A stretch of DNA of 64,000 bases, from the NCBI GenBank assembly GCA_951406725.2, contig OX597828.1:13640001-13704000 (forward strand). Reading direction: 5' to 3'. A program made the position numbers and the translations under genes. The first letter of the stretch is position 1. Each line of letters begins with the position of its first letter. The notes under the pieces are model-generated. The model did no database searches and was not told the DNA's origin. It worked only from the letters and a program-made list of their open reading frames with translations. Shown here in pieces: positions 59,361-64,000 of this stretch. This DNA is from Octopus vulgaris. Taxonomy: Eukaryota.

Positions 59361-59631
59361 TGTCAGATATGGAGGTAGAACATAAAGCAATATATGGGTG
59401 ATTTTGTACATGCTTGTATAGGCACAGACATGGCAGTGTGTTTAAGAAGTTTGCTATCCAGCTACATGGTTCTAGGTTCAGCCATACTTAATAGTATCTT
59501 GGGTGTCTTCTAATATAGCCCTGGGCTGACCAAAGCCTTGTAAGTGGATTTGGTAGATGGAAACTGAAAGAAACTTATTGTATATAGGCTTTTAACAGTT
59601 TAAATATGCTTTAAGTATGATATACAGATTG

Positions 59632-60173
59632 TGGAAAGACTTCTGCCCGTCCCCCACCATTTTCTCCCAAATTTGTTTATTTTTGTAATTTTTTTTTGCC
59701 ATTTCGGATATGGAAGTTCCGGAAAATTGCTAAAAATCAGTACTGTGAAATTTTTTCACCCCCTTTCCTCCTAACATCTTCAATTTTGACTTTTTTCCCC
59801 AACACTAACACGAAAACCCTAACCCTAAAACCCCAACTGTAATCATAACCCTAACCATAAAACTGTAACCATAAGTACAGAAATGTGAAATTTTTGTCCC
59901 AATCATGATGTCCGTATTTTTCTAAATATTTAGAAAAAAAGAAAATTCTTAAAAAAAATTTTACAAAGATGTTTGGAAATTTTTCTCAGAATCATAATCT
60001 TCATATTTTTCTGCATATTTAAAAAAAAAATTTTGAAAAAAGTTAAAAATGAAGGAAATGTTGATTTATGCCAATTTTTTTGCAGATTCATATTCCCCAT
60101 AGCTGAAAAGGGGGTGGGTTGTGTAGGAAAACAAAATTTTTAAGGTGGTTGTGGGGGGATGGAAGTCTTGCCC
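59632..60173. mobile_element. MITE with (G/T)GG...CCC termini, 6-bp TSD and CCCTAA-like tract
   Basis: TIR TGGAAAGACTTC... / ...GAAGTCTTGCCC; TSD AGATTG at 59626-59631 and 60174-60179; CCCTAACCCTAA...ACCCTAACCATAA at about 59817-59874. Confidence 0.8.
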
Positions 60174-61227
60174 AGATTGCTTATTAATGTGTGTGTGTGT
60201 GTGTGTTGACATAATGTAATCATTGTGAGTACCACTGTCGTACAGTGTCATTCATTTCCAATATTCTGTGTAAACATGTCTAACCATAGGGAAATATTAC
60301 TTTGCTTGGAGACAGGTGAGGGTTGGCAACAGGAAGGGCATCAGGCTACATCTCAATAAAGCTCCATCTAACCCATGCAAGTTTGGAAAGAGTGGACGCT
60401 AAAACTATGATGGTGATATCCAGGGATATACGGGTTGCTCAGAATGTTGCTGCAGCTGTGGCTAACTCATAGGAGAGGGGGCAGCAAATATGATCTTTTA
60501 CAGAGCCTTTTCATCAAAAGGAAGCAGGGAACTTAAGATACAGAAATAATCTAAAGATAGGGTAAAGGCCCCCTTTGGTCATATATGACCATGCATCTAG
60601 AAAGTTCCAATTTAAGGCACAAGTCTGGGCAAGGTTGTTTATGGAAGACCAGCAGTCCCCTCTCCATGCCACCGATGTTATCCAAGGGAAAGGCAAAGGC
60701 TGATACAGCTTGGCACCAGTGACATCACAGCTCATTTCTACAGCTGAGTGACCTGGAGCAACACAAAATAAAGTGTCTTGCTCAAGAACACAACATACAG
60801 CCCAGTCTGAGAATCAAATTCACTATCTCATGATTGTGAGCCAAACACTAACCACTGAGCTAGGACACTTGGTTTGAAACCTTGCAACAGAGGGGACTCT
60901 ATTAAAAGTACCCAAGGGCCAAGTGATGGTATCAGGATTAAAAAAACCCAGGTTATGGATGAAGACTAGCACATTACCATTTATTGGTTGCTTCCCTACC
61001 ATGAAGATCCAAGCTGTGCACAGTGAACACTAACAATGGCAACATATGCTACAAACTTTGCTACAATTCATCAAAGATAATTACAGACCTGTCTGAGACA
61101 AGCAGAAACATTGACAATAGTGGATGGAGAACTGCTGCCATGATAACACTGAAACAACGCTGCTGGAGCTTCATAACTGTGAGGGCAACTATATAAGCAG
61201 AGCAAAACCACTTTGTATACAAGGACT

Positions 61228-61632
61228 AGGCATGGCTGTGTGATAAGAAGCTTGCTTCCCAACCACATGGCTCCAGGTTCAATCCCATTGAATGACACCT
61301 TTGTCAAGTGTCTTCTACTATAGCCCCAAGCTGACCAAAGCCTTGCGAGTGAATTTGGTAGACAAAAACTGAAAGAAGCCCATCATGCATACATACATAT
61401 ATATATATACACACATAAATATATGTGTGTGCGCGTGTGTGTGTTTGTCACTCACCACTGCTTGACAACCGGTACTGGTGTGTTTACATCCCCATAACTT
61501 AGCAGTTTGGCAAAAGAGACTGACAGAATAAGTACCAAGTACTAAGCATTGGAGTTGATACATTTGACTAAAAATTCTTTAAGGCAGTGCCCCAGCATCG
61601 CTGCAGTCTAATGACTGAAACAAGTACAAGAT
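61228..61632 (+). mobile_element. SINE family A (older copy)
   Basis: Colinear; further older copies at about 29616-30160, 38030-38345 and 58395-58775. Confidence 0.8.
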
Positions 61633-61820
61633 AAACGCAAATATTTAATTATTTCTGTGATGATTTGAGAAGTGGTGACTAGTTACAATTCAGTAAATAA
61701 TAATAATATTCGATAAGCTTAAAGCTTGTAAAAATACTATTTATTATTTATCCAATGCACTAGCATGATGAATGAACTCAAACTACTTTACCCTTTAGCA
61801 TTCAGATTACTGTCAAATGT

Positions 61821-62155
61821 TGAGTCCCCCTTCAGTCATGACTGACTGTGGGATTGCACCTAGAAAGTTACCCTCCCTCGTACAAGTCCAGGCAAGGTTG
61901 TTTATGGAAGACCAGCAGTCGCTCATGCATACCGGCTTCTCCTCTCCATGCCACCAGTGTTATCCAAGGGAAAGGCAATGGCAGATACAGCTTGGTACCT
62001 GTGACATCACAACTCATTTCTACAGCTGAGTGAACTGGAGCAACGGGAAATAAAGTGTCTTGCTCAAGAACACAACACGCAGCCTGTTCTGGGATTCGAA
62101 CTCATGACTTCAAGATTGTAAGCTTGATGCTCTAACCACTGAGCCATGCACCTTC
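61821..62155 (-). mobile_element. tRNA-derived CORE-like SINE family D with 12-bp TSD, inside a piggyBac-like MITE
   Basis: A box TGGCTCAGTGG and B box GAGTTCGAATCC; core TTCTTGAGCAAGACACTT; TSD ACTGTCAAATGT at 61809-61820 and 62156-62167; copies at about 44725-45027, 57970-58250 and 60562-60870. Confidence 0.87.
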
Positions 62156-64000
62156 ACTGTCAAATGTAATGCTTATTTAATCATATTGTTTTGAATCAAT
62201 CATGCATTATCTCATAACTTTGAGATTTTGACAATGCGATTGTTTGTTTTCAGAGTGACATTGTTGGGTAGGTTTGAGAGGCTGAATCTGGTCAGTTTGA
62301 ACATAAAACAGGCAGAATATTTTGTCCAGATATGGTAGATTTCAAAACTAAAGGGTTAAGCACTAGCAATAAGCGGTATATGTTAAGTATAAATTCCCAA
62401 TTGATTTTGAGGAGGTTTTTGGAAGAGTGTGTGTTGGAACATTCATGCATTTCTCACTAGTATTAAAAGACAAAGTGGAACCGCTGTTTTCAGGAACTAA
62501 ACTGATGTCATTGACATGGTTTCACCAGGACCTTAACTACCTGAGATTCAGTGATCATCACTCTGACTAATATGTCATCAACCAATGAAGGAGGTGCCCG
62601 ACATAACAGGAGAACTCAAGTCAATGAACAAGCCTATACATGGTTTCTCAAAATGCTAGAAATACCAACCAGATCTCTATCAAAATCAATCCCTACCATC
62701 TTAAAGAAAGAACAGCATCATCACCATTATTATCATTTAATGTCCTGGTATGGTTTGGATGGTTTGATAGGAGTTGGCCGGCCAAAGAGCCTAAACTCCA
62801 TTTGTCTGTTTTGGCTTGGTTTCTATGGTTGGATGTCCTTCCTAATGCCAACGACTTTACAGAGTGTACTGGGTGCTTTCAACGTGATACTGGCATCAGT
62901 ACTTTTACATGGCAATTGCATGAGTGCTTTTATGTGTCACCAGCATCTACAAGCCTGTAAGACTAGAATCTCTCAGCTGAGAGAGGGACATAGAGGACAT
63001 GCCTGTATGTATGAAAGGCCAAAACCTTAAGACTCATAAGGATGGAAATTAACCTGGTTTCCATGGTGAATAAGCAACTGAGATTATAATACTTCTCTCT
63101 CCTGAATGGAATGCAGGCCTGTTGCAAGGTTAACTTCCCAGTTATTGTTGGATCTTATTTACAGCTGAGTGAACTGGAGTAACATAAAATAAGGAGCTTT
63201 ACCCAAGAACACAACACACTGCCCAGTCCAGGAATTGAAATCCCGATTTTTATAATTGAAGGTCATACTCCTAACCACTAGGCCACATGTGTGTGAATTT
63301 AGCCTTGATTTGACATCATGGTTGTAAATGAGCAACACTGTCATACAAGCAAGGTTGTTCATTTCCAGTCTTCCTTCAAAAAATATGCCTGGCCATGAGA
63401 AAATATCACCCTGCTTAGAAACAGGTGAGGGTTAGCATCAGGAAGAGCATCCACCCCATCAACAAATTTCATCTGGCTCATGTAAGCATAGAAAAGTAGA
63501 TATTAAATGATGATGATGATGATGATGATTACATATTTGTGTTCTTGTGCCAATGTTAGAAACCAGTATTTTTTGGTGATGGCAGTAAGTGTACCATTTC
63601 AAATTGTAAGATAAGTACCCTGTGATGAAGTACACTTCAGGATAGTCAATCATTCGTGGATGTTGAAAGATTAAAATCATTTGAGGTTCTGCAGCCTAAT
63701 TAATTAATTACATCATATGAAAATTTAGTGCTATTTATTTTTGTCTTATCATTCTCACTTTAGTTATCAATGTGAGAACATTCAAACAATGAACCTTATG
63801 TTGTGACAACTTAGTTTATCTCAAACGAGGGACATGTCATCATGTTATCATTGTTTAGTCCCAGCTCAATCTTGATTGTCCAGACATGAACAAAAGCATC
63901 CCAGCCATGACCATTCCATCATATTAGGGAATATCTAGACAACATAGTTAAGGTGTGTGGTCAAATAGTTAGATGCTCAACCCACAATCATAAAAAATGA

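Noticed and set aside
59815-59875. Interstitial telomere or chromosome-fusion scar
   Set aside because: Short, degenerate and enclosed within TIRs and a TSD, so it is transposon cargo.
63459-63680. Minus-strand ORF MILIFQHPRMIDYPEVYF...
   Set aside because: No homology recognised, poor splice signals, and it ends in a (CAT)n repeat tail.

Overview
Eukaryotic, AT-rich, repeat-dense animal DNA. The tRNA-derived SINE families, (TA)n/(CA)n/(CAT)n microsatellites and RTE LINEs strongly suggest an octopus (coleoid cephalopod) genome; this is inference from repeat style. One host gene is supported: the 5' part of a RUNDC1 ortholog on the minus strand. It has nine coding exons between 32826 (ATG) and 1608, all GT-AG and phase-consistent, giving 876 nt / 292 aa; the gene continues off the left edge, and a splice acceptor upstream of the ATG implies an unlocated non-coding first exon. 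Almost everything else is transposon-derived: a full-length decayed mariner with TIRs and TA TSD, an internally deleted Helitron with both termini, several RTE-clade LINE relics (one family carries a PHD-type Zn finger inside its reverse transcriptase), a CR1 tail, Penelope-like fragments with minimal hammerhead ribozyme cores, piggyBac-like and hAT MITEs, two unrelated GGG...CCC MITEs with 6-bp TSDs and telomere-like CCCTAA tracts, and dozens of SINEs. Most ORFs in the supplied track are spurious repeat translations. No CRISPR array, rRNA or bona fide tRNA was seen. I found no clearly new biological system; the best leads are the 6-bp-TSD/CCCTAA transposons, the PHD-in-RT LINE and the hammerhead motifs. 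Exon, TIR and TSD coordinates were counted by hand; SINE/LINE boundaries are approximate.
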